Assembly: GCA_040357565.1 (NCBI GenBank)
Contig: JBDODJ010000048.1
DNA length: 64,000 nucleotides
Strand: one strand, 5' to 3'
Source of the DNA: Cercozoa sp. M6MM
Taxonomy: Eukaryota; Protista; Endomyxa: Ascetosporea
Shown here: positions 37,515 through 50,027 of the stretch, piece by piece
How positions within the stretch are numbered: the first letter of the stretch is position 1
How the letters are laid out: every line of letters begins with the position of its first letter
The notes under the pieces: model-generated
Database searches by the model: none
What the model was told of the DNA's origin: nothing
Seen by the model: only the letters and a program-made list of their open reading frames with translations
Program-made: the position numbers and the translations under genes

Positions 37515-39191
37515 TCAGTCACCACTGGTTGCATCGGCCACGTCTGCGGGGGCACTCGACTCCAGTTCAAATTGAGCAGTCTCTGGTTCTTCTTGTGCTT
37601 GCTGCAGGTTGACGACAGCCGGTTCGTTTTCTTGTTCGATGAGTTTTGCCTGTCTCGCTTGTCTCTGGAGTGCAGATTGCTTAAGCGGATGACCGCGCGC
37701 ACGGTACCGCATTCCAATGAGTTGGTGCATCCAGCGGCGCACGTTGTCGTCGTTAACAGCAGGCTCGATTTGCAACACATCCTGCATAATTGAGATGTCA
37801 AGCGCAAACTGGATACAAAGCTGTCTACCTCCATGCTGACAGGAAGCTGGATCTCCCAGTTGTCCCACCTAAACAACTTTCAATACAGAGGAGATTATGT
37901 ATTCAAAAAAACAGGAAATTACAAGTGCTCGAATTTTTCGCGAAAAAGTTTCCACTCGCGTCCGCTTTCTGCAGCAACAAATGAAACAACGAGAACAACC
38001 TGGAGACTAGGAACTAATACCCGGGACTGTGGCGGCAAGAGACAGTTGCTCTTCCGACAGACGTCGCGCGTACAGGGCCAGGAACACTGTGTGCACAGAA
38101 CTCACGTGCTTATTTAGACATAAGAGAGGAACGAGTACAGTCTCGCGACACAACGGCATCGATGGCTGCGTACACCAGCTATACCAAGCACCCAAGTCTC
38201 TTCTACACAACCCAGATCTCTGATGACAATACTTGATCCTGATCGAGTGGGTACTTGCGCCAGTTGGTGCGTGCAATCTTCATATTTTCCGCCTGTGAGC
38301 ACTAGTTTTTTCAACAAAGTTGCATAGACAGAACTGCTTTCCTACCTCACTCCAGTCCTTGAGCCCGAGCACTACTTGTGCCAGTTGCTTCAGACCACAC
38401 CCTGTAAGGGGCCTGCAAAGTGTATTTTCATACGAAAGAAGCCACAGAGCCTATAGTTGAAAGTACGGAACGCAAGAACGCATGAGCGCATTGCGAGTGT
38501 CGATGCAGCCATCGCCTGACAGTGGGACATGTGTTGAACATGAGACAGTGATGCTGCACACGTATCGACAAGGATACCAATGTCAATGCCGAATTTGTCT
38601 TTCACTACATTCACTTCCGCGGCAAAAATGTTGCTTCCCACTTTTAGAACATCAGGCGATGTCAACACATGCTGAAACAGCTCTGGTAATTCTGTCCATT
38701 CCTGAGATTCGTAGGTGCAGATATCAGCACGCCGACAAGAAAGAGCATTTTTGTAAGCGTGAGTGCACCTTCACGTGCGCAACGAGGACGTGCATTTGAG
38801 TGGCCAGTTGCAGTACACACAGCTGCCGCGGCTACCCCAACAGGAGACAATAATACGCAACACAAGCCAGAGTTGTAGAGCAAAAGATACTCGCCCTTTC
38901 ACAACGACGAACTCGGCGTCAAAGCCGAGAATATCGACTTTAGATTCCCCCTACATGCACATGCACTGAGTCGCATTTGTAGATCCACGCAACAAGGGTA
39001 TCGATACGTCCTCGTGGACAAAGTCCCGAATGAAGGCTTCGGCCTCATCAGGCTCGTTAGTAACGAACGTTTCTAAAGGGTCAGAGCGACCACATGCAGC
39101 CGCAATCTCCTTGCCCTGCACCAAACCGAAAATCACATCTTCACCAAAACACTTCGAGTAACTTGAGTGTTACGAGGTTATCGTAATCCAT
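37515..39191 (-). CDS. DEDDy 3'-5' exonuclease (WRN-exo/EXD2/Mut-7-like)
   Basis: Spliced motifs ILGFDAEF (ExoI), LPELFQHVLTSPDVLKVG, KDKFGIDIGILVDT and LVYAAIDAVVS (ExoIII). Confidence 0.78.
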
Positions 39192-39451
39192 TTTGGATTT
39201 TTCCGCGCTGTTCAAGTCCTTTTAAGCGCTGCTATGCCTGCTAAAGTAAAATTGTTTGAGCTGACGGATAGTCAGTTTTAGATTTAATTCGTTCGCGGGT
39301 ATTTGTGAGCACGCCAAATTAACAGGTCACCACAACTGACTACTACTTGTACTGTGACGCATGCGTCGTTCATAAGTTCGTCGTTGGCGTCGATTGATAT
39401 CCTGCCAAGGGTTACAGGAAAAGAAGTATAATTTACCCTGATAAAGTTGAT

Positions 39452-40441
39452 TCACCGACAGCAGTGTACCTGTTGAATCACGGATGGAAGATCATCTGTT
39501 CTTTCACACTGCACCTTTGTTACAGTCGAATAAAAGTCCCACACTCGTGCGTGATTTTGTGAGTCAGTTTCAACTCTCTGCGCACACAGCCCGCTGCTCG
39601 TAAACATGGTACCGAGGAAAAAGTTGCTAGGTACCGTATCAAGCGCGCTGGTGGAATGCTTCAAAGCCCGGAATGGGCTTTGCCATGGTTGCTTACATTG
39701 GTACGGTTCGTTTTCAAACAAGTCGAAAGAGTGGCGCGGTAGCTTTCTCCAAGAGGTTCGTTCGCCGAATTCGTTGATCGGTATGGTTGTGTTGAGCGCC
39801 GTCTTGCCACGGGTGCGCTCTGCATCTCTTAGCTGGCGCTGCTTCAAGGCCGAGTCCAACCAAGGTTTCGTAAGGATTAGCTCTCGTACGTGCCGTAAAT
39901 CGCTACAGGATTTGCATCGCTCTGACAACTTTGCCTGAGGAGGAGGGACCGAGCAGCGCTTCGACTGCCCGCAGGATGGTGCGCTGTCTCGAAGTTTGAA
40001 GGTTTCTGCTCTGCGTTGCGTGCGTTTGTGACTAGTGTGATTGAACGGTGGGCAAACGCTGAGTCTCTTTGTGCGAGAACGGCTCTCCGTTGGTGCAGTG
40101 CGTGCACGGGCAGCTCTGCGAGTTGAAGTCTTGCTGTGCTTGGAAGTGCGCTGCGACCTCGACCCTTCGCTTGCCAATGAGCGGCTTTGAGGAAAGTTGC
40201 TGTGTAAGCTTCTTGCAGATGGCGCCTTCACAAACTGCGTCGAGGTTGGGAGCTGTTCGACGGCTTGTGATTCAGTAGTTTCGTGTGTGATACTCCAAGG
40301 GGAGTTTGGCCGTTCATGCGCCTTTGGCAAAAGAGTTTGAAGTTGTTTCAGCTTTCGATCGACCTTGTTCGCCTCTAGCTCTAAACTCTCTGGTGTCTGT
40401 TCTCCTAGCGACATCGCACAGCTTCGCACCTTCTCCTTCAC
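39452..40441 (-). CDS. Hypothetical Ser/Arg-rich, likely disordered protein encoded by one long (~1 kb) exon
   Basis: 329-codon open frame with an N-terminal coiled-coil-like segment (LELEANKVDRKLKQLQ). No recognised domain; true start uncertain. Confidence 0.45.
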   Translation of the reverse strand: MKEKVRSCAMSLGEQTPESLELEANKVDRKLKQLQTLLPKAHERPNSPWSITHETTESQAVEQLPTSTQFVKAPSARSLHSNFPQSRSLASEGSRSQRTSKHSKTSTRRAARARTAPTESRSRTKRLSVCPPFNHTSHKRTQRRAETFKLRDSAPSCGQSKRCSVPPPQAKLSERCKSCSDLRHVRELILTKPWLDSALKQRQLRDAERTRGKTALNTTIPINEFGERTSWRKLPRHSFDLFENEPYQCKQPWQSPFRALKHSTSALDTVPSNFFLGTMFTSSGLCAQRVETDSQNHARVWDFYSTVTKVQCERTDDLPSVIQQVHCCR

Positions 40442-40627
40442 ACTCAGTGGGTCTGGGTGCTCAAACTCACAATCTCTTCACCTCCACAGGGTGGGCGAAA
40501 CGCATGCTTCGAATTTAAAACGACAAGTTTAAGCATCGTTTTGGACTAAACGCTTCCAAATTGATCCATTGATTGTCATGGAGTGGCATTAAGTGCCGAA
40601 CTATCCGGCGTGCTTGTAGGAAACAGA

Positions 40628-41335
40628 GATGTTTGTCATTTTTTTCAGTTGCACAAAGTTGTCCACAGGCAGTTTGTGACAGTTCACTGATTTCGAGGGT
40701 TGCTAGTGCTCCAGTAGTGCACGGAAAGCACATGCAAGATATAGGGCATTTTATAGAGTACTTGAAACTTTTAACTCGTATTCACAGCCCTCGTATATCA
40801 TTTGCTCGGCGTGCAAAGGACACGTTCAAGACAAAAGTGTCATGACACGTTTCAAACCGAATACTGTCTCGAAAAGTGTCTGCAGTGCGTGCTACAAGAT
40901 CGACGTAAGTTCAGTTCGTCTTCTCGTACTGTCTGTATCAGTTGTCCGACGTTTCTTTTAATTGTTTCTTTTTAATTGTCTTACAATATTACCGTTGGAC
41001 AGAGCTGACGCGGTTTTCCTGTATCCACACGGAGTCGGCAAGTAGCACTTCGACGCGAGTTACCTGCGAGCACGTGACGGGTTCTTCGACGATCTCCGCG
41101 AGCACAGTGATCCTGTTGGGCGCTATCTGTCTGGTGGTTTTGTGCGTGTTCTTGAAAGTGCACAACGACCGAAAGCGACGACGCAAGAACCAAGCGTTAC
41201 TGGAAGAACAGGGTATTGTAAATTACTCGATTTGCGCACCAGGAACTGGATTTACTATGTGGATTGTTTAGAAAACGAGCGTGTGCGTGCTCAAATACTT
41301 AACGCTAACTCATGGGATCCTTATCCTGCTCCCTA
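40628..41335 (+). CDS. Hypothetical small single-pass membrane protein with Cys-rich ectodomain
   Basis: Exons KCHDTFQTEYCLEKCLQCV and TVILLGAICLVVLCVFLKVHNDRKRRRK (TM helix plus basic stop-transfer). Start uncertain. Confidence 0.4.
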
Positions 41336-41493
41336 GGACTTTCGCCGGTAGTCGATAGTTTTTTAAAGACGGAGTACCAGAGAGTGTAAGTGTCGCAATA
41401 TCACTAGCAACGGATCCAATGCATCAGCTACAGTACAGTTTAGCAGTCCCGACGCGATCGCACACGTGGTCGCGGCATCGCTTCACGCCAATA

Positions 41494-42437
41494 CTATCTA
41501 TATTGAACGATAGTCTGGTTGTCGCCCGTAAAGTTGCTGTCTGGAAGCACTGGGAGGACCTGATACAAAGGAATAGCGCTGTGACCTGCTCAATGCTCAT
41601 TCACTACTATCGATAATCAAGTTTATTTACAAGAATCTCGACGTCTGGTGGCACGGTGACGTTGGTATCGACGGGTTCTGCGAGCATGTTTGTCGGCATT
41701 TCAGGCGACATTGCAGACGTCGACGCACTGCGACGTGTTCAAGAATATGGAGATGCACACGAACTGAAGGGAAAACTGACAGTGGCCGCGTCGTCCAGAA
41801 GCGGTAGGTGAGTGAAAGATTGTAGTTGCTCTTGTTGGTGAAACGGAAGGGCTCGCCATCTGGCACACGCTTCACAAGCACTTGTGTGACCTGCGTCGAA
41901 TACATAATGCCGATGATACTGATAGTCACACAGACCAGTGCAGTGTGTTTACGTTTATGTCGCGCAAGACCACAGCGTGATTGATCATGAGTTCGACACC
42001 TATAGTGGTGGTGCTAACAGAGCGCTCATGTTCACCAGCAATACGGGACCGCAGCTTTAAACTTACCATCGAAACGGGTGTTGTTACTACTCGGCATGGT
42101 AACTAACAGGTCACTGCGCGATACCCTTTGTACCTATACCACCCCAAGAACCTGAAGGTAATTGAAAGCACCTAAGAAGTATACGGGAAGGGGGTACAAG
42201 AGGAGGGCTGTGCGGTGCCGCTGGTTTGTTGACCTGCCGATCAAAGTTCACGTCGAGTCCAAAGCCAGCCAGACCGTGCTGACCATACAGTGTCTTGAGT
42301 TTAGTTGATGCAACAGGAAGGGACACCAGGTGGTACCACGAACAAAGCAATGGCTGCGCCCTGCGCAATGTTGCTGCTGATGCGACGAAACCTCGTGAGT
42401 GGCTGTTCCATCAATACACTATCGTAGATAATTATAG

Positions 42438-42511
<74 letters not shown>

Positions 42512-42620
42512 ACACACACANNNNNNNNNNNNNNNNNNNNNNNNNNNNNNNNNNNNNNNNNNNNNNNNNNNNNNNNNNNNNNNNNNNNNNNNNNNNNNNN
42601 NNNNNNNNNNNNNNNNNNNN

Positions 42621-42669
<49 letters not shown>

Positions 42670-44143
42670 GCAGTACCCACAGCAACAGTCCGAACTGCGA
42701 ATGGTGAATGCGGAGTGCGAAACTGCCTTTAGGCAGCAGCAAGAGACCACTGCAACACAGCAATAGCACTGTTGTTAAGCGAGACATTAGCACGGGAACG
42801 AGTACATCACGAGAGGCGTCACAACGACGAGAAAGAAAATGCCGAACCTATTCATACAGTGTTGTTGTTTGTCTATCAAAGAAAGTAAAGTATGAGATTA
42901 AAAGGGAAAGGCACATGCGCCAGAAGAGTTTTTGTCGCAGCAGCAGGCGCACATTAATCAAAATTAGCACCGCGGCAAACATCGACACCAACGCAAACAC
43001 GAGCAGTTTCTGTCGAGTACAAGACGTATATTTAGTATCTAGAACTAGTATTTATTTGTGATTTGATACGGCTGGTGTCTCATCGCCTGTGATGATGGAA
43101 GCGAGGTCACTGGGTGACAGTATCTGCACATATGCGAGTCGACAATATACCTTCCAAAGATAGCAATCAACAGAGAGTGTTACAATAGAAGGCAGCAGTG
43201 TTTCCAGCCACTTCTTGTAGGTCACGACCCTACCAAACAATTTATTATACGAGGTTCGATGTAGCCAAAGAAACACAGTACATGAAGAACGGCAGTGTCC
43301 AACAAAGCAAGGTCGCGACTGGACGGTCCGGACCGAACATGGAGTGTCGCGACGCCCAGTGAAACATCACACTGCACACAGGGTAAACTGTACCTATGTC
43401 AAACACATCCACACACAACTGTCGTTACTGAAATAAAACACACATACCTCCCACCCAGGGCAACGATAGTCAGGTTCAGCAGTGAGTTGACCACCTTGTC
43501 CTCGAGATTGCGCCACTGCGACTCGTCTACAAAGGCGACCGAGAGGAAGCCTGATAGAAGTACAATAAATTACATACTAAGTATATGTCTGTCTCCTATG
43601 CGTGTTTTACCAACAAGCATAGTGTGTGCCAGCACTTGCCAAGACGGCGCCTTCAACAGTACTGGCAATACTGCGGCCATGACGGCACCCAACCACACTG
43701 CAAGGATCAGCCCAAGAATAAACAAAGGGAGACAAAAACAGGACACAAAAGCAATACCGAGGTCGCGCTGATCACCGCAGTTCTTCGAGTCGATCGGCTT
43801 CAGATCAAAGGCCACGGGCGACCTACAAGCAACGATGTGAGGCATACTTGCAATTACAACATCATAAGCCGAGCTTGCCAGGTGAAAGAAGAGTGGTGTA
43901 GTTGCTCGGGACTCCGGGATAATGGGTGTGCTACTGCTGAGAGGTGGTGTCAGAAGAAAGAAGAAACTAGGAGGGTAACTGTACACGAGTCATTGACGAG
44001 ACTGCGATTGGAACGCATCTTGGAACTGACTGGACCGCTGAAGTACTCGCGCCCGGTGCCGAACTTTATCGCCACACATCCGCCTGTGTGTATGTGTGTG
44101 TGTGTATGTGTGTGTATGTGTGTGCGTGTGTGTGTATATGTGT

Positions 44144-44177
<34 letters not shown>

Positions 44178-45226
44178 NNNNNNNNNNNNNNNNNNNNNNN
44201 NNNNNNNNNNNNNNNNNNNNNNNNNNNNNNNNNNNNNNNNNNNNNNNNNNNNNNNNNNNNNNNNNNNNNNNNNNNNNCCGAATATTATTTTCCTCATCGC
44301 TCATTGCTTCAAGGCCCATCGACGCAGGTTTCTCCTCTGTCTCGCTTTCGTCGTCTTTGCTGCCAAACAAGCTGGAAAAACCAAAGTCATTACGCTGTAC
44401 GTCATCACGCCGTACAAAAAATAAAAAAATAAAAACGCAAGTTCCATGGTACGCGTCGAATAAGTCGTCGCCACTGTCGGCGGCGTCGGCTTTGTCGATG
44501 CTTTTGCTGACGTTGGTGGTGCCGTCGTTGCTTTGCTTGCTGCTGCTGTTGTTGTTACTATCGGTACTGTCGTTGTTGTCGCCGTTATTGTTGGTGTTGT
44601 TGTAGCTGTTGTTGGTGATACTGCTGTTCTCGTTGTTGGTGGTGTTGTTGAGGCTGTTGGTATCCTCGTCAAGACAGGTGTCCAGTGTGCCGCCTTCCAT
44701 CGCATCGGACGCTGCGGCACCGTTCGATGCGTCGAATTTCGCGTTCGTGAATCGAATCTGCACGACCTGCGTGAGGCCTAAAGCAAAAGCACACCAGGTC
44801 TAAAGCACAAAAGTGTGTATGCATTCGACCCTACCTTGGTACTCGAAGCGAAACTCCGGTTGCAGGTGCAGCGACGGCTAAACAAAAAAGGTGAAGCAAA
44901 ACCCGGATAGTTCAACACTCGAAGCACACCGAAAACGTGTGCGACTGTCCTCTCTTCAGCGACACTGTTGCTTCGCTTCGATTCAACTCGAACAGGTACA
45001 CGTTGTTGCGTCTGGGAAAACCTCAATTCAAGTTGAAAGCAACCAAATTAAAAAAAACGGCTGTACGACAAGCACTCGACTGTGAGAGCGTTATTTGCGT
45101 CAGCACTCACATGCACGTGCTTACGCGACACATTCTGTCTTGAAAGAATCCATCGATAATGGCAAACGTGCCCTCAAACAGACACAACTGTACGTGATTG
45201 GACTGCGAGAGTTGAACGTCGGCCAT
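41494..45226 (-). CDS. Hypothetical multi-pass membrane protein with Asn/Ser/Asp-rich low-complexity insert; spans two N-gaps
   Basis: Asn-rich exon 44450-44780 (NSLNNTTNNENSSITNNSYNNTNNNGDNNDS); several hydrophobic exons (LILAVWLGAVMAAVLPVLL; KLLVFALVSMFAAVLILINV); in-frame spliced continuation to VLPVLPDSNFTGDNQTIVQYR*. Confidence 0.5.
42521..42620. other. Assembly gap (100 N) inside a (CA)n microsatellite
   Basis: N run flanked by CA repeats. Confidence 0.99.
44178..44277. other. Assembly gap (100 N) after an imperfect (TG)n microsatellite
   Basis: N run preceded by TG/TA repeats at 44085-44177. Confidence 0.99.
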
Positions 45227-45616
45227 GCGACCCAATGTCAGCGACGCGCCCTTGTCCACCACCACCTGTGATTTTCATTCATAATTGACCTTTCGTTCAT
45301 ACCATCTAATCGAAAAACACACCTGACGGAGGATTCGCACGGGCCGCGCTGTCGACGGTTCAAACAGCGTCAGGATCCACCGGCGCATCAGACCCCGCCA
45401 AAACAAACAGCCGTCAAAAAAAGCTTATATAGATGCGGATTATAATCTAAACTCGTTCGTGTAGGCGAATGGAACTCTGGGAGCTGAATCACACGACCAA
45501 CTGCTGAGGTGGGGGATTTTGTTAAGGTTGCGCGAAAATCGTAGCACACTGTGCAAACGCAGCAACAGTGAATTTGAATCAACGTCACGTGTGTAACACA
45601 CTGCTGAGGCACCAAC

Positions 45617-48600
45617 ATGGGCTCTTTCAAGGTGCATAAGATTATGAAATTACTTGTGCGACGTTTTTCTCGTACTTCCGAAACCAACCGAGACCGATTG
45701 ATGTTGTAGCAACCACTGATGGTGGTGCCGGGCACGGCGCAAGCCGGCCGACATGGTCCGATTCGACGCCACGTGCAGTCGCAGCAGAAGCTGGTGGACT
45801 CGGAAGACCCGGAGTACCGTGTAATTTGGGCCTTTCATTGTTTTCTATTGTTGGCGTTAATCTAAGTATTGACGCAGGAGTATCAAACGATCTACCACGC
45901 GTTCGAGTCAACTGGTGCGTTTCTCGATTCTACAAAGCACTGGTTTAAAACAAAATTAACTGTGTTTGCAGTTCGCAAGTTCACCAACCGGCCGTGTCTG
46001 GGAACGCAGGACGAGAACGGTAGTGCATCTTGTGTTTGTTTGAAGATGGGAGTTTGCTCAAGGTAGTGTGATGATCTAGGCGAGTACAAATTCCTCCGAT
46101 ACAGCGACGTCGCACGTCAAGTACTCTCTGTTTCTTCTTTGTTCCTCCCTTTGATCCTTCCTATGTTGTGCTAGGCCTCGAGTTTTGGCAGTGCCTTGTG
46201 TCATCTCGGCTTGGATCGCCAGGTATGACCAAGTGAAGAAATACTTGAGCACAACGGAAAAGTGATCACTGGATGTGTGTCACAGGACAGGGTCGGTATC
46301 TACTGCGTCAACCGTGCCGAGTTTGTGATTGCGGAAATGGTAGCCTTAGACTGACCTGCTCGACCCTCGAACCTTTGACCCTTTGAATTCTTGACCCTTG
46401 AACCGTTGGCCCTTTCTTTGACTCTTTGACCTTCCGCTACAGGGAATGTACGCCTTCGATCTGGCGAGTGTGCCACTGTATGACACGCTTGGCAAGGACG
46501 CCGCCAGCTACATCATCGGACAGGCGGTATAGCACAAACAACACTCAAACAACAATGAATGAAACAATGTGCAGAAACTCGAGATCGTCGTGGCGAGCGC
46601 TGACAAACTCGAGACACTTGCGGCCTTGCTTACGGGGGTACCCTCCACCTCATTAATATTAGTGAGTCTCTTTTAACAGTTAAGGATGTGCAGGGACAGA
46701 CGCAGTTGAAGAAGATCATTGTGCTGCCTCTGCAGAGCGTAGCTTTCGCTCTTTCTTGTGTCTGTCTGACCAGTTACTTGGCTGAACCTTGGTAGTGGGA
46801 GAAAGTCGACTCGGAAAAGACGCAGCAGTGGCATGCGGTACCTCCTCTACCCCTCTGTTTAAACTAGTGACACTTGCACCCCTCCCCTTGCAGGCAGTGA
46901 TGCAGCACCGCAGCCTGTTCGACGAGAACCTGGCCGTGCACTGGCATGACTTCCTCAAGGTCGGCAGCCGACACCGTATGGCGCACCGTCCGCCCACTGG
47001 TAGGACAAACCGACTCTCAGTGACCACCCTGTCTGAGTGACCAGTCAGTCAGTCAGCCAGTCAGTGACCACTCAAGTCAAACATGTGTGACAGGCAAGAG
47101 TGTGTGTACCGTGTGCTACACTAGTGGCACCACTGGCACTCCCAAGGTACCACCTACCACCCTGTATGTGTGTACACTTGATGGAGTGTCTCGTGAATGC
47201 GGATAGGGTGCCATGCTGACGCACCGCGGTGTCATGAGTGCCGCCTTGGCCACTCGGTACTCTCTTAGCTCAGCTTCCCCTGTCTCTTGCCCTTTACACC
47301 CTGACTGTTTCCCTTTGTGCCGTGACTCTTCCCTTTTACACTGACTGCTAACACAGAGTGGCGGCTAAGGTGACAAGCGACGATGTCTACATGTCGTACC
47401 TGCCGTAAAATGCTCTCTTCTTCTCATCGCTTCCTTAACCAGAAGCTCCAGTTAAAAACCCTGGTTGTTTCTCAGACTGGCGCACGTGTTCGAACGCGTC
47501 ATCGTTACGGCCGGTCTGGTGCACGGTGCATGTGCCGGTTTCTTCCGCGGGGATGTTGCGCTGCTCATGGACGACCTGGCGCGCTTGCGACCCACGCTGG
47601 TGCGTTTCTCGCCGCCGATTGCAGCTGCAGCGTTTCTCGTCGTTCTTATCGATATTCTTTTATGACAACAGTTCGTTGGCGTACCGCGTCTTTACAACAA
47701 GGTATACGACAAAGTGATGGCGCAGATGCAGTCGTCCAACTGGGCTGTTCGCACACTCTTCGAACGTGCCTATGCGACCAAGGTGAACTTTAAACACTTT
47801 TTTGTTTCGAGATCAAACTTGTTTGCAAGTTAGTTCTAACTGTTTGTCTCGAGCAGCTCTATTATTTGCGTTCGTCAGGAGCACTGTCGCATGCTCTGTG
47901 GGATCGCGTGGTTTTCTCCAAGGTATTTTGTATCGATCAACCTCCGCGCAAATGTGTTTGACTCATTTTGACTTTAAATAACTTTTGCACAGATTGCAGC
48001 CAAGTTGGGCGGTCGTGTGCGTCTGCTTTTGACGGTTAGTTTGGTTGAATGAACGTGTGAAAACGACCCATTGGTGTTTTGTGTTGAATTGTAGGGTGCT
48101 GCACCGATCGCTTCGCATGTCCAAGTTCGTTTTTTTTTTTTGAAAGTTGTTTATGTTGCGTTGCAGAGCTGAGTTGTTCCTTGAAAACAGGAGTTCCTGC
48201 GCATCGCTTTCTCTGCCCCTCTGATTGAGGTACTTATCTGTTGTTAGATCATGAAAAAGGTAGTTTTTGCATTCTTTAATTGTTCTGTCAACTGTATCAG
48301 GGCTACGGTCAGACCGAGAGTCACGCGCTCATCAGTGCCACGCCTATTGATGAGCCCAATGCATGTGGACACATTGGTAACATTCTCTGCTAGTCTTTTT
48401 GTTTGGTTGTGAGGTGTGTGTGTGTGTGTGTTTTTTTAATGCAGGCGTTCCCTTCTGTTCGACCGAGGTACCAACGAAAGCTTGTTGGACTGACCCAGTT
48501 TGAGATCGAGTGTGCTGTAGGTGGCACTGTTTGATGTGCCGGAAATGAACTACACTCAAAACGACACCGTGGATGGCGTTCATATTGAACGCGGTACTTT

Positions 48601-49741
48601 TGACTGTTCAGTTTTTTGTCTTTGCAAACATGCGTGTTGCAGGCGAGATTTGCTTCCGAGGACCGACTGCTTTCGCTGGTATTTTTATGTGTCTAACTGT
48701 ACCCATTGTTGCTGCTCATTGCTGTGCATGTGTTTCTGTGTAGGCTACCTGGATATGCCGGAAAAGACGGCCGACACCATTGACGAAGACGGGTAGTCTG
48801 TCTGTCTGTGCATGGCAAATGTGTAATCCAATGTGTGGTAAAAACAGTTGGGTGCACACGGGTGATATTGGCATGTGGGACCCGGTACTCTCGCTGCTCG
48901 CAGAAGACGAGGGCAAGCTGAGGGGAACACTTTGTTGTGCCTGTGCAGAAGAAAGGCGGTGCACTTCGCATCATCGATCGCAAGAAGAACATCTTCAAGC
49001 TGGCTCAGGGCGAATACGTGGCACCTGAGAAGATTGAAAACGCGTACCTGCGCTCGCCCTTTATTGCGCAGGCGTTTGTGCACGGCGACAGCTTGCATCA
49101 CCGTATCTTTGATACAGGGATATACTGATCTGTATAAAAGGGATGTATAAAAAGGGATGTATAAAAAGGCATGTATAGAACTGGTCGCCGTGGTGGTGCC
49201 GGACGAGGAGCTGCTGCCGCAGTGGTGCCGCGACAACGGCGTTAGTGGCGACGATACGGCTGTGCTTGTGCAGCATGCCAAGTACAGCATTCACTTACCT
49301 TTGTGTATCTTTGCTTTGTGTATCGTACCTGCCCTGCAGGGTCAAGCAACTGATCGAGCAAGAGATGCGAGCGGCCGCCAAGGAAGCTGGTACAATCTGT
49401 ACATGCCTGCGAACCCACCTTGCTGTATCCACACACACTTATGCGATAGGTCTGCACGGATTCGAGCAAGCCAAGGCGGTGCACTTGTGTCCATTCCCGT
49501 TCGATCATCCGGAACACAATGGCGCCTTGTTGACGCCGACCTTCAAGTGCGGATCCTTCTCTCCCTCATCGTTGCCTGGTTACACAGGCGAACTGGCTTG
49601 AATGTAGGTTGAAGCGCGCACAGGCGAAGGAGTATTTCGCGTCGCAGATCGAGGCTATGTATGCTCCCTGTGTCTTGTCCGCGTCCGCAGTTCGATTTGG
49701 ATTTGGATAGGTACGCCTCCCTGGAACGTGCGGCCCTTTAA
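45617..49741 (+). CDS. ACSL: Long-chain fatty acyl-CoA synthetase (ACSL/LACS family), 33 exons
   Basis: Motifs [108 protein letters not shown]. All 32 introns traced as GT-AG. First exon (MGSFK) is inferred. Confidence 0.95.
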
Positions 49742-50027
49742 CCGACAGTGCGGTTCGGTTTTCGCCCTTCCTTCACCGAGCAGAGGTCGCCATGCAACCC
49801 AAATAATGTCTCGTTCAGTTAGCGTATTACTTTACCAGCCTCGCATCAAACATGGTAGCTCTGGAACGACAGTGCAGAGCTGAGAGCGCTGACAGAATAC
49901 TGTATTTTTCGATTAACGGGCTCGCCGAGCCGGGCAGTTTTTGTGAGCTACAGTGTAAAAAGCCTCACTGAGTGGAGCAGTGGCGTGTAGCAGTTTGGGA
50001 TTGTCTTGACACCGTTGGAAACGAAGC

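Noticed and set aside
20968-44177. Strand bias of long (TG)n microsatellites relative to transcription
   Set aside because: Both orientations occur within BRR2 and within the 41.5-45.2 kb gene.
45811-45877. Apparent non-canonical GA donor / direct repeat (GAGTA) at ACSL intron 2
   Set aside because: A canonical phase-0 GTAATT donor at 45821 restores the frame.
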